Source: Octopus vulgaris (Eukaryota). Taken from it: DNA of 64,000 bases. A program made the translations under genes and the position numbers. The stretch covers positions 32,736,001 through 32,800,000 of the forward strand of contig OX597838.1 in the NCBI GenBank assembly GCA_951406725.2. The letters are read 5' to 3'. How positions within the stretch are numbered: position 1 is the stretch's first letter; each line of letters opens with the position of its first letter. The notes under the pieces were generated by a model. The model did no database searches, was not told the origin of the DNA, and worked only from the letters and a program-made list of their open reading frames with translations. Positions 12,194 through 26,300 of this stretch are shown piece by piece.

Positions 12194-15100
12194 CTGAGTA
12201 AAAAGAAAAAAGAAAAATAAGACACATAAAACGAGAAAAGAATTAGGGGGAAACAGGGTCACCAATTTAACCATATTGGTGGGGCGGAGATAAGTTTGTA
12301 GGGATGCTTGTGCGTATAAATGCGAGTGTTTGACAGGTTTGACAGGAGCCCCTCCTGTCAAGCCATCCCATCCATGCCAGTATGGAAGGCAGATATTAAA
12401 CAATGATATGCCAGCGCCGCCTTGACTGGCTTCTGTGCCAGTGGCACGTAAAAAGCACCAACCGATCTTGGCCGCTGCCAGCCTCCCCTGGTACCTGTAC
12501 CGGTGGCACTACACTCACAGAGTGGTTGGCGTTAAGAAGGGCATCCAGCTGTAGAAACACTGCCAGATCAGACTCGAGCCTGGTGCAGCCATCTGGTTTG
12601 CCAGTCCTCAGTCAAATCGTCCAACCCATGCCAGCGACGATGACTCAAACACTCTGAGTGTGTGTGTGTACAATAAACTGCACTTCATATTCAAGGCTCT
12701 GATGAAGCAATAAGGTGATACTCAGACACTCAACTATGAGTCCACTGCATGCAGCAGCAGAAACAGCTGTAAGCCGATGAAGTTCATAAGATAATCATTT
12801 ATTCCTTTTGTCATCTTGTTTGCTTGTGTGTGTGTGTGTGTGTGTGTCCTTTGGATTAGAGGTACAACTCATCTTTGCCAGCTGAGTGAAATAAAGTATC
12901 TTGCTCAAGGACACAAAACCCTGCTGGGGATTGAAATTATAATCATATGGTTGTGAGCTGAATAGTAGCCTAACCACTAGGCCACATGCCTTCGTTGTAT
13001 AGGAGAATGACAGCAAAGATGGACAGAGATAATGTGTGTGTATGCGTGTATGCGTATGCATGTGTGTGCATGTATGAGTATGTGCATGCATGTGTGTATG
13101 AGTATATGTGTGTGTATGCATGTATGAGTATGTGTGCGTGCATGTATGAGTATGTGCGTGTGCATAAGCATGTATGAGTGTATATATGCATATGTGTGTA
13201 TGAGTATGTGTGTGTGAATGTATGAGTACGTGTGTGTACATATGCATGTATGAGTGTGTATGCATGTGCGTATGAGTATGTATATATGCATGAGTATGTG
13301 TGTGTGCATATGCATGTATGAGTGTGGGTATGCATATGCGTGTATGTGTGTGCATGCGCATGCATGAGTATGTGTGTATGTGTATGAGTGTGTGTTGTGT
13401 AGTAAGCCGTGCATCATTTCCCTCCAACCCCGACAACTCACCTCCTGAGCAATCTTCTTCTTCCTCATCACGATCTTGTCGTAGAGTTTCTTCTTCTTCT
13501 TCGGAATCATCATCTCGGCCAGCTTCTTCTCCTCCTTCTGCTGTCGGATCGCCTTCACTTCATCGACCTTCTCCACGCTGCCAGGAATCACATGCATCTT
13601 CTTGGTGCTGCTCTTCTGTTTAACGAAACACAAAACAACAAAAAGGTCAGACGCCGAAACGTTTCGAGTCAACAGACAGAATCATGAAGGGACCCCGAGG
13701 GATTTCATTTCGTGACCCCACAGCGGCTGCCTGTCCTCAATCAACAAGACTCTCAAAACAAGAAATACTTGACCGCAAAAAGAAAAGAAAAAACCCATTT
13801 TATCTTTCTACTACTTGTTCCAGCCATTAGATTGTGGTCACGCTGGAGCGTCACCTTCAAGAATCTCAAAACAAGAAACACTTGACCACAAAAAGAGAAA
13901 AAAAACATTTTATCTTTCTACTACTTGTTCCAGCGATTAGATTGTGGCCACGCTGGAGCATCGCCTTCAAGGGTCGCGATCTCTCAAAACAAGAAATACT
14001 TGGCTGCAAAATAATAAAATAAAAAAATCTTTTGTGTTTTGACTTGTTCCAGCCAAAGAACGTGGCCATGCTGGAGCATAATCAACAAGATTCTCAAAGC
14101 AAGAAATACTTGGCCACAAAATCATCAAAAAAATCTTTTGTGTTTTGACTTATTTCAGTCATTAGACTATGGCCATGCTACAGCATCACCTTGAGGGGTT
14201 TCAATCTCAACAAGATATGAAAACAAGAAATACTTAGCCTTAAAAACAAAACAAAAAAACAGAAAGGCACAGCTGTGTGGTAAGAAGCTTGCTTCCCAAC
14301 CACATGGTTCTGGGTTCAGTCCCACTGCGTGCCACCTTCGGCAAGTGTCTTCTACTATAGCCTCAGGCTGACCAAAACCTTGTGGGTGGATCTGGTAGAT
14401 GGAAACTGCAAGAATCCCATCATATGTATGTATGTATATATATATAGGCATAGCTGTGTGGTAAGAAGCTTGCTTCCCAACTACAAGGTTCTGGGTTCAG
14501 TCTCACTGCGTGGCACCTTGGGCAAGAGTCTTCTACTAAAGCCTCAGGCTGACCAAAACCTTGTGGGTGGATTTGGTAGATGGAAACTGCAAGAATCCCG
14601 TCATATGTATGTATATATATATATATATATATATATAGGCATAGCTCTGTGGTAAGAAGCTTGCTTCCCAACCACACGGTTCTGGGTTCAGTCCCACTGC
14701 ATGGCAACTTGAGGAATTGTCTTCCAATATAGCCTCAGGTTGACCAAACCTTGTGGGTGGATTTGGTAGATGGAAACTGAAAGAAGCCTATCATAAATAT
14801 ATATATATATACCTGTGTATGTGTGTGTGTGACTGTGTCTGCACTTGTCCCCACACCACTGCCTGACAGCTGGTGTTGGTGTGTTTATGTTCCTGTAACT
14901 CAGCGGTTCAGCAAAAGAGACCGATAGAATAAGTACTAGGCTTAAGAAATAAGCCCTGGTGTTGATTTGTTTGACTAAAACCCCTTCACAGCAGTGCTCC
15001 AGCATGGCCACAGACAAATGACCGAGAGAATAAAAGAATATGTGCTCGAGAAAATGTGTATGAGAAAGGATGTGTAACATTTTCTGGAGAACAGGTTGAA

Positions 15101-18100
15101 TTTTCGTTTTTGGATTTGGTTTGCAAGATTCTTTATATGAGTTTGTGTGTTGAAGCATATTTTGTTGTGTCTGGGGAGAGTCATTTTCTTTTTGTGCCTT
15201 ATTATGTAACACACTCACCGGTAAAATTTCCACCTATTTCTTATTTTTATTTCCCTAAAATTTTCGTTGCGTCTTGCAACCTTCAAACCAAGATTTACAG
15301 CAGAAAAAAAAATGTAGGTTGTCTCAAACATGAAGATGACATCAGAGGACCAAAAACTCCATGCGAAATGCAGCAGGATTTGGAAAGGTAAGCGACAATG
15401 TTTGAATGTAGAACACCTGTTTACACTGTAAATCATACTGACTTGTTTACAGGAAAAACATCCAGGTGTAAAAACAAAGAATCGATTCCAGTAAAATAGA
15501 TGAGCAATAGGTGCAGTTGTGGCTGTGTGGTAAGTAGCTTGCTTACCAACCACATGGTTCCGGGTTCAGTCCCACTGCGTGGCACCTTGGGCAAGTGTCT
15601 TCTACTAAAGCCTCAGGCCGACCAAAGACTTGTGAGTGGATTTGGTAGACGGAAACTGAAAGAAGCCCGTCGTATGTATATATATATATATATATATATA
15701 TAGTAGCTTGCTAACCAACCACATGGTTCCGGGTTCAGTCCCACTGCGTGGCATCTTGGGCAAATGTCTTCTGCTATAGCCCCGGGCTGACCAATGCCTT
15801 GTGAGTGGATTTGGTAGACGGAAACTGAAAGAAGCCCGTCGTATATATATATATATAGTAGCTTGCTAACCAACCACATGGTTCCGGGTTCAGTCCCACT
15901 GCGCGGCATCTTGGGCAAATGTCTTCTGCTATAGCCCCGGGCTGACCAATGCCTTGTGAGTGGATTTGGTAGACGGAAACTGAAAGAAGCCCGTCGTATA
16001 TATGTATATATATGTGTATGTGTGTGCGTGTATGTTTGTCCCCCTAGCATTGCTTGACAACCGATGCTGGTGTGTTTACGTTCCCGTTACTTAGCGGTTC
16101 GGCAAAAGAGACCGATAGAATAAGTACTGGGCTTACAAAGAATAAGTCTCGGGGTCGAGTTGTTTGACTAAAGGCGGTGCTCCAGCATGGCTGCAGTCAA
16201 CTGACTGAAACAAGTAAAAGAGTAAAAGACAGATATAATGATGGTGTAGCAGAAGGTAGTATGGTTCTGCTCGTTTCTTTTGAACTACAAAACGAATAAT
16301 TGAACTACAAACCTTAGGAGCAGTGCTGACATCCTGTTCTGCAAGTTTACGCTTTTTCAGAGCTGCTGCCTTCTTTCTTGAGGCTGAAATAAAAAGAATA
16401 TATATATATACTAGCAGTATTGCCCGGCGTTGCTCGGGTTTGTAAGGGAAATAACTATATAAGCATTTTTAGAGATGTAAAGTATAATAGCCATCTCAAT
16501 ATGGCTAACCACAAAGGGGGGGGGTTACTGTGGCTTTTTACTTTCTGAGATTTAATAATAAATTTTTAGAGAGTTACTTCCCTTATATATGCCAAAAATG
16601 CATTAAAAATGGGAAAAATTGATGGTAAATTTTTTTTTAAATCGTAGACGCGCGCTAATACCCAGAAGGGCTCGATATGAATCACGACTATAAGATACCC
16701 GGTTTTGGTTAAACTGCACCGCAAAATGTGGGAGTAGTTAGGAATCTAAATCGGAGGAGACAGACAGCACACAACCTCACTTTTATATATAAAGATGAGA
16801 GACTGCAAGGGTTTGATCTAGCATATCCTAGCTTGACAATGATGGCAACCACAGCTGCTCAGTCAATATGAAGTCAGAGCAACCAGATTCAGAGAGAAAG
16901 CCTGTATGTGTGACCTTGCAAGTCAAAGCATCATTATCATTGTTTTAACATCCACATAAAAAGCAGGTGCCATGTAAAAAGCACCCAGTCCACTCTGTAA
17001 GGTGGTTGGCATTAGGAAGGGTCTCATGGAGGTGATGACATGCAGCTGTGAGGGGGAAATCATCGAATCACCATCTGTGGGTTATCAAAAGATGTGCAGA
17101 TTAGTTACGACTCAGTCTTGTCACTTGAACTGAAGATTTGGGTTTCTGCCACGTTTGTGCTCAAACTGCTTTCAGCTGACCAAAAAGACACCCGGGTTTC
17201 AGTTGCACAACATCTCCTTGATTGTGTCAAGAATGATGAATACTTTTCGTAGGCCTCTGAGCAGGTATCGCCAAGTGTTTGGCAAAATTTGATGCAGATT
17301 CTCTGCTCAGCTTACTCTGTCATGGTCAATGTGACGATTACACACTACACACCTTCCTTCCAGGCATTGCTGTAAACAGCAGAGGTGAGCTAAAACATTA
17401 AAACTTGGGGTGCATGCACAGCAGAGTTCAAGGTCAATCTGTGCCAAACGGCTTCACTCTGTGTGCTTTAGTTTCGTTACTATGGCAACAGTCTAGGTAC
17501 TTATTGACCAGACCGTGCAAAACTAGACAATTAGGGCCGGATCAGCTCACCTTCTTGCCAGTTCTAGATAAACTGTCCAACCCATGACAGCACGGAAAGT
17601 GGACATTAAATAATGAGGACAGTGATTTTCTATACTCACAGATTTTGGGCAGAATTACTGTGACTAGATGCTCTTCCAGTTACCAACTGTGAGTGTGTGT
17701 ATGTGAGAAAGTGAGAGAGAGGGGAAGGAACATGTGAAACCATTAATCGTGACACATGTTTCCCCTCTACCTCTCCATTTTTGTCCTCTCATTACTATCT
17801 GTCGAAGAACAAAGGCTTGAAACGTCAAACACTTTTCCGTTTTTCCTACACATACACATGCTTGTTGATCCCTTACCTGTCTCTTTCATTTGTTTCCTGT
17901 ACAGTTAAATTATAAATATATCATCATCATCATCATTGTTTAACGTCCATCTTTCATGCACATATGGGTACCACAGTTCACAGGAGCTGACCACGTAGGA
18001 AAAACTACCCTATGCTACTCTGTCTGTTTTGGCAGGATTTTTACGGCTGATGCTGATGAAGCCTTCTGGCTTCCCAGACCTCAGTTGAACCGTCCAACCC

Positions 18101-18126
18101 ATGCTAGCATGGAAAATGGACGCTAA

Positions 18127-18168
<42 letters not shown>

Positions 18169-18326
18169 CTTTTCCTAAAACCATCCACTCAGCAGAGTGG
18201 ACTCAGTGGTGTTTTTGTGGCAACAGCACAGATGAGGTCAGTTTTGGCAAGGCTTTTACAGCTGGATGCCCTTCCAAATACTAACCACTTTACAGTGTAG
18301 ACTGGATGCTTTTTACATGGCACAAG

Positions 18327-18373
<47 letters not shown>

Positions 18374-20714
18374 TGGCAGAATTGTTAGCACGCCGGGCAA
18401 AATGCTTAGTGGTATTTCGTCTGCTGTTACATTCTGAGTTCAAATTCCGCCGAGGTCGACTTTGCCTTTCATCCTTTCGGGGTCGCTAAATAAAGTACCA
18501 GTTATGTACTGGGGTTGATGTAATCGACTTAATACGTATGTCTGTCCTTGTTTGTCCCCTCTATGTTTAGCTCCTTGTGGGCAGTAAAGACATATATATG
18601 TGTGTATATGAAGGTAAGGCTACATTGGGCTGCTGCTTTCTCTATTGCGACGTACAGCTGCGAGTCGTGGACAATGTTGAAGGCAGACGAGAAAAGAGTG
18701 AGCGCTTTTGAAATGTGGTGTTACCGCAGAATCCTTAGAGTGTCGTGGGCGGAGAGAAGGACGAACAACTGAGCACTAGAAAAGCCCGGTTGCGACATGA
18801 TGCTTCGATGAAACATCATGAAGCGGAAGCTATGGTTCTTTGGCCACGTCATGTGCCTGGATGGACTTGATCGAACGATCGTAACTGGCAAGGTGAACGG
18901 CAGACATAAAAGAAGACATCGCAGCCACAGGATTGTCTTTTTTCTCAGCTTTCCATGGGGAAGAGGACAGGAGAAGGTGGCAAGACATCGTGATGACCAC
19001 AGCATCACATAGTGCGATACCTGACTAGGATGATGATGATGATGATATGTATATAAGATTAATTCTGTTTTTATATACTGATTTAAAAAAAAAAAAGAAA
19101 GAAAATATCGGCTTACTCTTTTTCTTGACAGGAGAAGTTCCATTTTCTTTATCACTGATCTTTTCTTCAGCTTCACTTTCCGAGGACTCATGAACATCAG
19201 CAGCAACATCCATCTCCTCTTCAGCCTCTTCTTCTTCACCTTCTGATGAAAAGGTAAGAAACAAAAATAAAGAAATAAAATTAAGACATTACAGTCAACA
19301 AAATAACAAATAAATAAAAATGCTACAATAATTTCAATTTATAGAAGAAACTTGTGACAACTTTTGTATTGAGCGAGGACTGTGATATAAGCAGAAGAAT
19401 GGCTATGTGGTAAGGAGTTTCCTTCCTAAGTACATGGTTCCAGGTTCAGTCCCACTGCATGCTACTTTGGGTTAGCATTTTCTACTACAGTGCAGGAGCG
19501 GCTTACGAACCACATGATTCCATGTTCAGTCCCGCTGCGTGGCACCTTGGGCAAGTGTCTTCTACTATAGCCTTGAGCCGACCAAAGCCTCGTGAGTGGG
19601 TATGGTAGACGGAAACTGAAAGAAGCCCATCGTATATATGTATATATATGCATGTTTGTGTGTATATATGTTTGTGTGTCTGTGTTTGTCCCACTCACAT
19701 CGCCTTACAACCGATACTGGTGTGTTTAGGTTCCCCTTACTTAGCGGTTCGGAAAAAGAGACCGATAGAATAAGTACTAGGCTTACAAAGAATAAGTCCT
19801 GGGGTCGGTTTGCTTGACTAAAAGGCCACAGTCAAATGACTGAAACAAGTAAAAGAGTACAGCGTTGGACAAACTATAGTTTTATGAGTGGACTTCGTAA
19901 GCGGAAACTGAGAGAAGCAAGTCGTGTGTGTGTGTGTTTGTGTCTCCTTGTTGTGACATCCTGTGATAGTTGTAAACGAATCTCAGTCACAGAAGCAATG
20001 TCATTCACTTCCAATCTTCTGTGAGGATATGACTGGCCATATCTGGGGGTTAAACACAGTCTCTTTTTACTGAACTGCTAAGTATGGGGATATAAACACA
20101 TCAACACCCATTGTCAAGCAGGGGTGGTAGACAAACACACACACACACAACTATATACACAACAAACTTGTTTCAGTTTCCCCCACCACCGCTTGACTAC
20201 TAATGCTGGTATGTTTATGTCCCTGCAACTTGGCAGTTCAGCAAAAGAGATCGAAATAATAAGTACCAGGCTTAAAAAAAAAAGTTCTGGGATCGATTCA
20301 TTAGACTAAAGAATTCTCCAAGGAAGTGCTCCAGCATGGCTGCAGTCGCTAATGATTGAAACAAGCCAAACGTAAAAGATAAACCCTTCAAGGCAGTGCC
20401 CCAGCATGGCCACAGTCTAAAGACTGAAAAACTAACAATAGGATTAAAAAATTTTCAAAACTGAAAAAGATCAGATATAAAAATTAGGACCCTCACCCAG
20501 CCAAAAGAAAAAAAAAAAAAAAACTTTGGTAGGCACAGGAGTGGCTGTGTGGTAAGTAGCTTGCTAACCAACCATATGGTTCCAGGTTCAGTCCCACTGC
20601 GTGGCATCTTGGGCAAGTGTCTTCTGCTATAGCCCTGGGCCGACGAATGCCTTGTGAGTGGATTTGGTAGACGGAAACTGAAAGAAGCCTGCCGTATATA
20701 TATATATATGTATG

Positions 20715-20797
<83 letters not shown>

Positions 20798-23223
20798 TTG
20801 TGTGTCTGTGTTTGTCCCCCTAGCATTGCTTGACAACCAATGCTGGTGTGCTTACGTCCCCGTCACTTAGCGGTTCGGCAAAAGAGACCGATAGAATAAG
20901 TACTGGGCTTACAAAGAATAAGTCCCGGGGTTGAGTTGCTCGATTAAAGGCGGTGCTCCAGCATGGTCGCAGTCAAATGACTGAAACAAGTAAAAGAGTA
21001 AAGAGAGTACATACCTTCGCCTTCTGACATCTGTGCCAATTTTTCAGGGGGTATATATTCCCCTTCTTCTTCAACAACAAACGGTGATAAATGCGGGGGT
21101 AACAGGACCCCCGGGAAGTAGTCTTCAACGGGGAGCAGTTTCTGTGCATTCACACAATCGAACACCCACTGTGGCTGGACATAATAACTGAAAGCATCAA
21201 AGAAGACAGTTCACATTAATGGGATTATATGGGTGTATATAAGTACAAGGAAAGGTAAAAATTGTAGGTGTAGACGATCTTTTATTCGTAATCCAGGTTG
21301 TTACAGATCCAATATAAATTCTAGAAAATCTCTTCATGAAATAAAAATTAGATTCTTCGTCAGGAATTACAAACTTGTATGAATAATAACGACCAACAAA
21401 AATATAGAAAGACCCTTCGTAGCCCAGACGGGAACGAACAAATAAAATAAAACACCAGACTGTTCAAACCAGAAAAAAAAAATATATATATATATATCAA
21501 ATGGAAACTGTAGTTGTGATACCTGTGCCAGCGGCACGTAAAAAGCACCATCCAAACGTGGCCGATGCCAGCGCCACCTTGACTGGCTTCTGTGCCAGTG
21601 GCACGTAAAAAGCATCAACCGATTGTGGCCGCTGCCTGCCTCCCCTGGCACCTGTGCCGGCGACATGTAAAAGGCACCCGCTACACTCTCAGACTGGTTG
21701 GCGTTAGGAAGGGCATCCAGCTGTAGAAACACTGCCAGATCAGACTGGAGCCTGGTGCAGCCTCCTGGCTTCCCAGACCCCAGTCGAACCGTCCAACCTG
21801 TGCTAGCACGGAAAACGGACGTTAAACAATGTTGATGTTGATGATATATATATAAAAAATCACTTCAGTGTTACAATTCACAATATCCTTAAACTTCATT
21901 TATTGTTTTTGCAAATACTGAATATATATTTTTTATATATATTCTTTACTTGGACTGTAACCGGTGGACTTGGATGTTTGGCATTCCTTTCAAGGATTTT
22001 GGTCCTCACCTCTTGTATATATATATATATACACACACGCACACACACAGCTACCGAATAACTGTCACATATTATATTTACAGATAAATTCCTCTATTTA
22101 CATAATATTGAGGTCTCTTTCTTTTGTTATCTTACCGTTTTTACCAATACTTATATGCATACACACACACATGTATGTGCCAATATATGTGCATGTGTGT
22201 AAGTGTTCATTGATTTGTTTTACACCTGTTTTTCCATCCATTCATTCATTCCCTAACTTGATGGGCATATAACAAGAAGTCAGCTGACACTAAAAATCTG
22301 TAGTGAGACATCTTTATCAATGTACCTGATGAGACCCAGACTGATGGGTCGAAACATACGTTGAACCCAATAAAGGTCTATTACTGAATCCATCTCCTAT
22401 TATTTACATTTGACTGATATTTGTCTTTCATCTTGTTTGTTGTTGACACAACGTTTCAGCTGATATACCCTCCAGCCTTCTTCAGATGTCTTGGGGAAAT
22501 TTCGAACCTGGGTTCTCATTCCTAAGGTATTTTTCAATGTTGCTATTATTATCATTACTATTCAGGTCACTACCTGGAATCGAACTCAGAATCTTGGGGT
22601 TAGTAGCCCATGGACATATGACATAGTGGTTAAGAGTGCAGGCTACTAACCCCAAAATTCCGAGTTCGATTCCAAGCAGTAACCTGAACAATAATAATTA
22701 TAATAATAATAATATCGAAGAATACCTTAGGAATGAGAACCCAAATAATTCCTCATCTCTTAAATATAGAACTGTACCATCTCCTATTAATTAATATTAT
22801 CACCCTAACTGCCACTGCGGACTTCCTGAAGTAGGTCCAATGGAAGTGTACCACAACTGCAGATGACAACAGGTAGCCTAAACTCTGCTGGTGCCCTAAT
22901 CAACATTTAAACACACTAATTGAATTATACTTACTTTTCCTAATTATTTATTATATATATATATAAAACAAAATAAGAAAATGGAGGAATAGATTTCTTT
23001 CAATCATCAACTATCAGATAATACCAATTCATATAATTTACTAACTAATTATTTAGATTAAATAGGAACATCCAAATCCAACAGAATAATACAGAATAAA
23101 ACAATATACATGAATAAGTAAAATAATACCATTTATGTATTAGCCTTTCTGGGTACTTTACTGGCAGTATATTGGATAAATGATACCCCATAGTGGGTTA
23201 CACTCATAACCCCTATCTCACTT

Positions 23224-23310
<87 letters not shown>

Positions 23311-26300
23311 CGCCAGTGTCGCCTTACTGGCACTTGTGCCAGTGTGCAGGTGACATGTAAAAAAACACGATTTTTTCGTGGTTGTTGCCAGGACCTCGTG
23401 CCAGTGACATGTAAAAGCACCCACTACACTCTCGGAGTAGTTGGCATTAGGAAGGGCATCCAGCTGTAGAAACTCTGCTAGATCAAGATTGGAGCCTGGT
23501 GCAGCCATCTGGTTCGCCAGGCCTCAGTCAAATCATCCAACCCATGCTAGCACGGTAAGCAGATGTTAAACAATGATGATGATGATGATGATTGTGCTGG
23601 TGTCACGTGAAAGTGGCCATGTAGTGCCACGTTAGAAGCACACCCTGTAAAGTGGTTGACGTTAGGAAGAACATCCAGCTGTTGAAACCAGGCCACATCA
23701 AACTGGAACCTAGAGCAGCTCTCTGGCTTGCCAGCTCCAGTCCAACTCCGGCCATCCAACCCAGGCCAGCACAGAAAATCAATGTTGAAGGATGATGATG
23801 GTAATGATGATGACAACAATAATGTATGGACATGCATGTATGCGTTTGTGGGTACCATTACCAAGTCATCGCAAGATGATTGTAAATGAGCATTAGCCAC
23901 CATACAAGCAATATTTTTAAAACGACATAGTAGGATAGGTGTGAGAGGCTGAATCTGGCCAGTTTCAATGCCAATGGGGTTAATGGTAATAGACGTACCG
24001 TGATAAATATTTCTTGTCTTGATTTGGTCGATCGACAATCTGATGACTAATGGTTTCATCGTCTTCCTGGTACGTGTGTCCAAGACTTCCTGTGTTTGAC
24101 CAAGACACTTCACCACCAAAAGAACTGCAGGAACATAAAACAAAACAACAAAATGTATTTTAATTGATTAACCCTTTCGTGACCAACCCGGCTGAAACCG
24201 GCTCTGGCTCTGTGGTACAAATGTCTTGTTTTCATAAGCTTTGAATTAAAGTCTTCCACCAAACCTTAGTCACAATTTATGTTCCTAACACTAGCTGAAT
24301 GATAACTAAGTTATTTTATTAAATTCTTTGTTATATTTAAACTAATTGAAAGAAACACAGAGCATCTCAACAGAAATATGGTAACAAAAGGGTTAAAATA
24401 TATAATAGAGAAACAATTCTTAACCCTTTCAATACCAACCCGGCTCTGGCTCAGTAGTATAAATGTCTTGTTTTCATAAGTTTTGAATTAAAGTCTTCCA
24501 CCAAACCTTAGTCACAATTTATGTTCCTAACACTAGCTGAATAATAAGTTATTTTACTAAATTCTTTGTTATATTTAAAGTAATTGAAAGAAACACAGAG
24601 CTTCTCAGCAGAAATATGGTAAGAAAAGGGTTAAAATATATAATAGAGAAACAATTCTAGTACAAATGTCTTGTTTTCATAAGTTTTGAATTAAAATCTT
24701 CCACCAAACCTTAGTCACAATTTATGTTCCTAACACTAGCTTAATGATAACTAAGTTATTTTACTGAATTCTTTGTTATATTTAAAAGTAATTGAAAGAA
24801 ACAGAGAGCATCTCAAAATAAATACAGTAACAAAAGGGTTAACATTTTTATCTTCTATCTTTCACATGTTTCAGTCATTAGACTGTGGCCATACTGGGGC
24901 ACTGCCTTGAAGAAATTTTAGCTGAATGAATCAACCCTGGTACTTATTCTATTAGTCTGTTTTGCTGAACTGCTAAGTTACAGGAACATAAACACACCAA
25001 CACTGGTTGCCAAGTAGTGGCGGGGGACAAACACAGATACGAAGACACATACACATAGATATATACATATATGACAGGCTTCTTTCAGTTTCCATCTACT
25101 AAATCCACTCACAAGGCACGTTCTGATCAATAAGTACCTGGATTGTTGCCATAGTAACGAAACTAAAGCACACAGAGTGAAGCCGCTTGGCACAGACTGA
25201 CCTTGAACTCTGATGTGCATGCACCCCAAGTTTTAACGTTTTAGCTCACCATTGCTGTTTACAGCAATGCTTGGAAAGAAGGTGTGTAGTGTGTCATCGT
25301 CACATTGACCATGACAGAGTAAGCTGAGCAGAGAATCTGCATCAAATTTTGCCTACATAAAGTTTTCATCGTTCTTGACACAATCAAGGAGATGTTGTGC
25401 AACTGAAACCCGGGTGTCTTTTCGGTCAGCTGAAAGCAGTTTGGACACAAACTTGGCAGATAACCAAATCTTCTGGCAGAAACCCAAATCTTCAGTTCAA
25501 GTGACTAGACTGAGTCGTAACTAATCTGCACATCTTTTGATAACTCACAGATGGTGATTCGATGATTTCCGCTCACAGCTGCATGTCATTACCTCCATGA
25601 GACCCAACACTCAAAAGGAGTTCGGCCACTCTGGCCTCCGTGATTTGCATTTTAAAATGTCATTAAAATGTTTGGTGTATCGTACAAGTATAACCAATTT
25701 ATTGCACATAAATTTTAACAGAGAAATCTTAAATGGACCCCAGTTGAGAACCACTGGTCTAACTGCTAAGTCATGGGGGATGTAAACAAACCAACACCGG
25801 AGTAAAGATTGTTTGCCAACATAACATGGCACTCCTGGTTTAGGACAAATGTTGCTGTAATTTAGCCCCAGGAAACATCGTCTCCAGCTGGTTATACGAC
25901 ACGATCTGTATCCTTATATTTTCGAACAAGGGAATCTAGCACCCCCACTCAGCTCAAAACAATATCTGTGTATCATGATTTCTGAGTTTTGAGCTGAGTT
26001 GGGGGGCTAGATTCCCTAGTTCGAAAAATATAAGGACACAGATCGTGTCGTATATCCAGCTGGAAACGATGTGTCCTGGAGCTAAATTACAGCAACATTC
26101 GTCCTAAACCAGGACTGCCATGTTATGTTGGCAAATAATCTTTACTCCAAAGTACTGATGCTGAATATCTCTCGTCGTGAGATTTACAAATAGTGATTTT
26201 CCAAACCAACACTGGTTAACTTAGGTGGGTTAGTTAGATTTTTACACTTATATGAATACTATTTTACCCTTTTTTCTTGTTTCAGTCATTTGACTGCGGC

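Noticed and set aside
22612-22680. Genuine tRNA gene (also other SINE heads)
   Set aside because: A/B boxes are present but there is no complete cloverleaf or acceptor stem, and it continues into a repeat body.
23547-24143. 198-aa ORF as an independent gene
   Set aside because: It overlaps PES1 exon 12 in a different frame and runs on into repeats.
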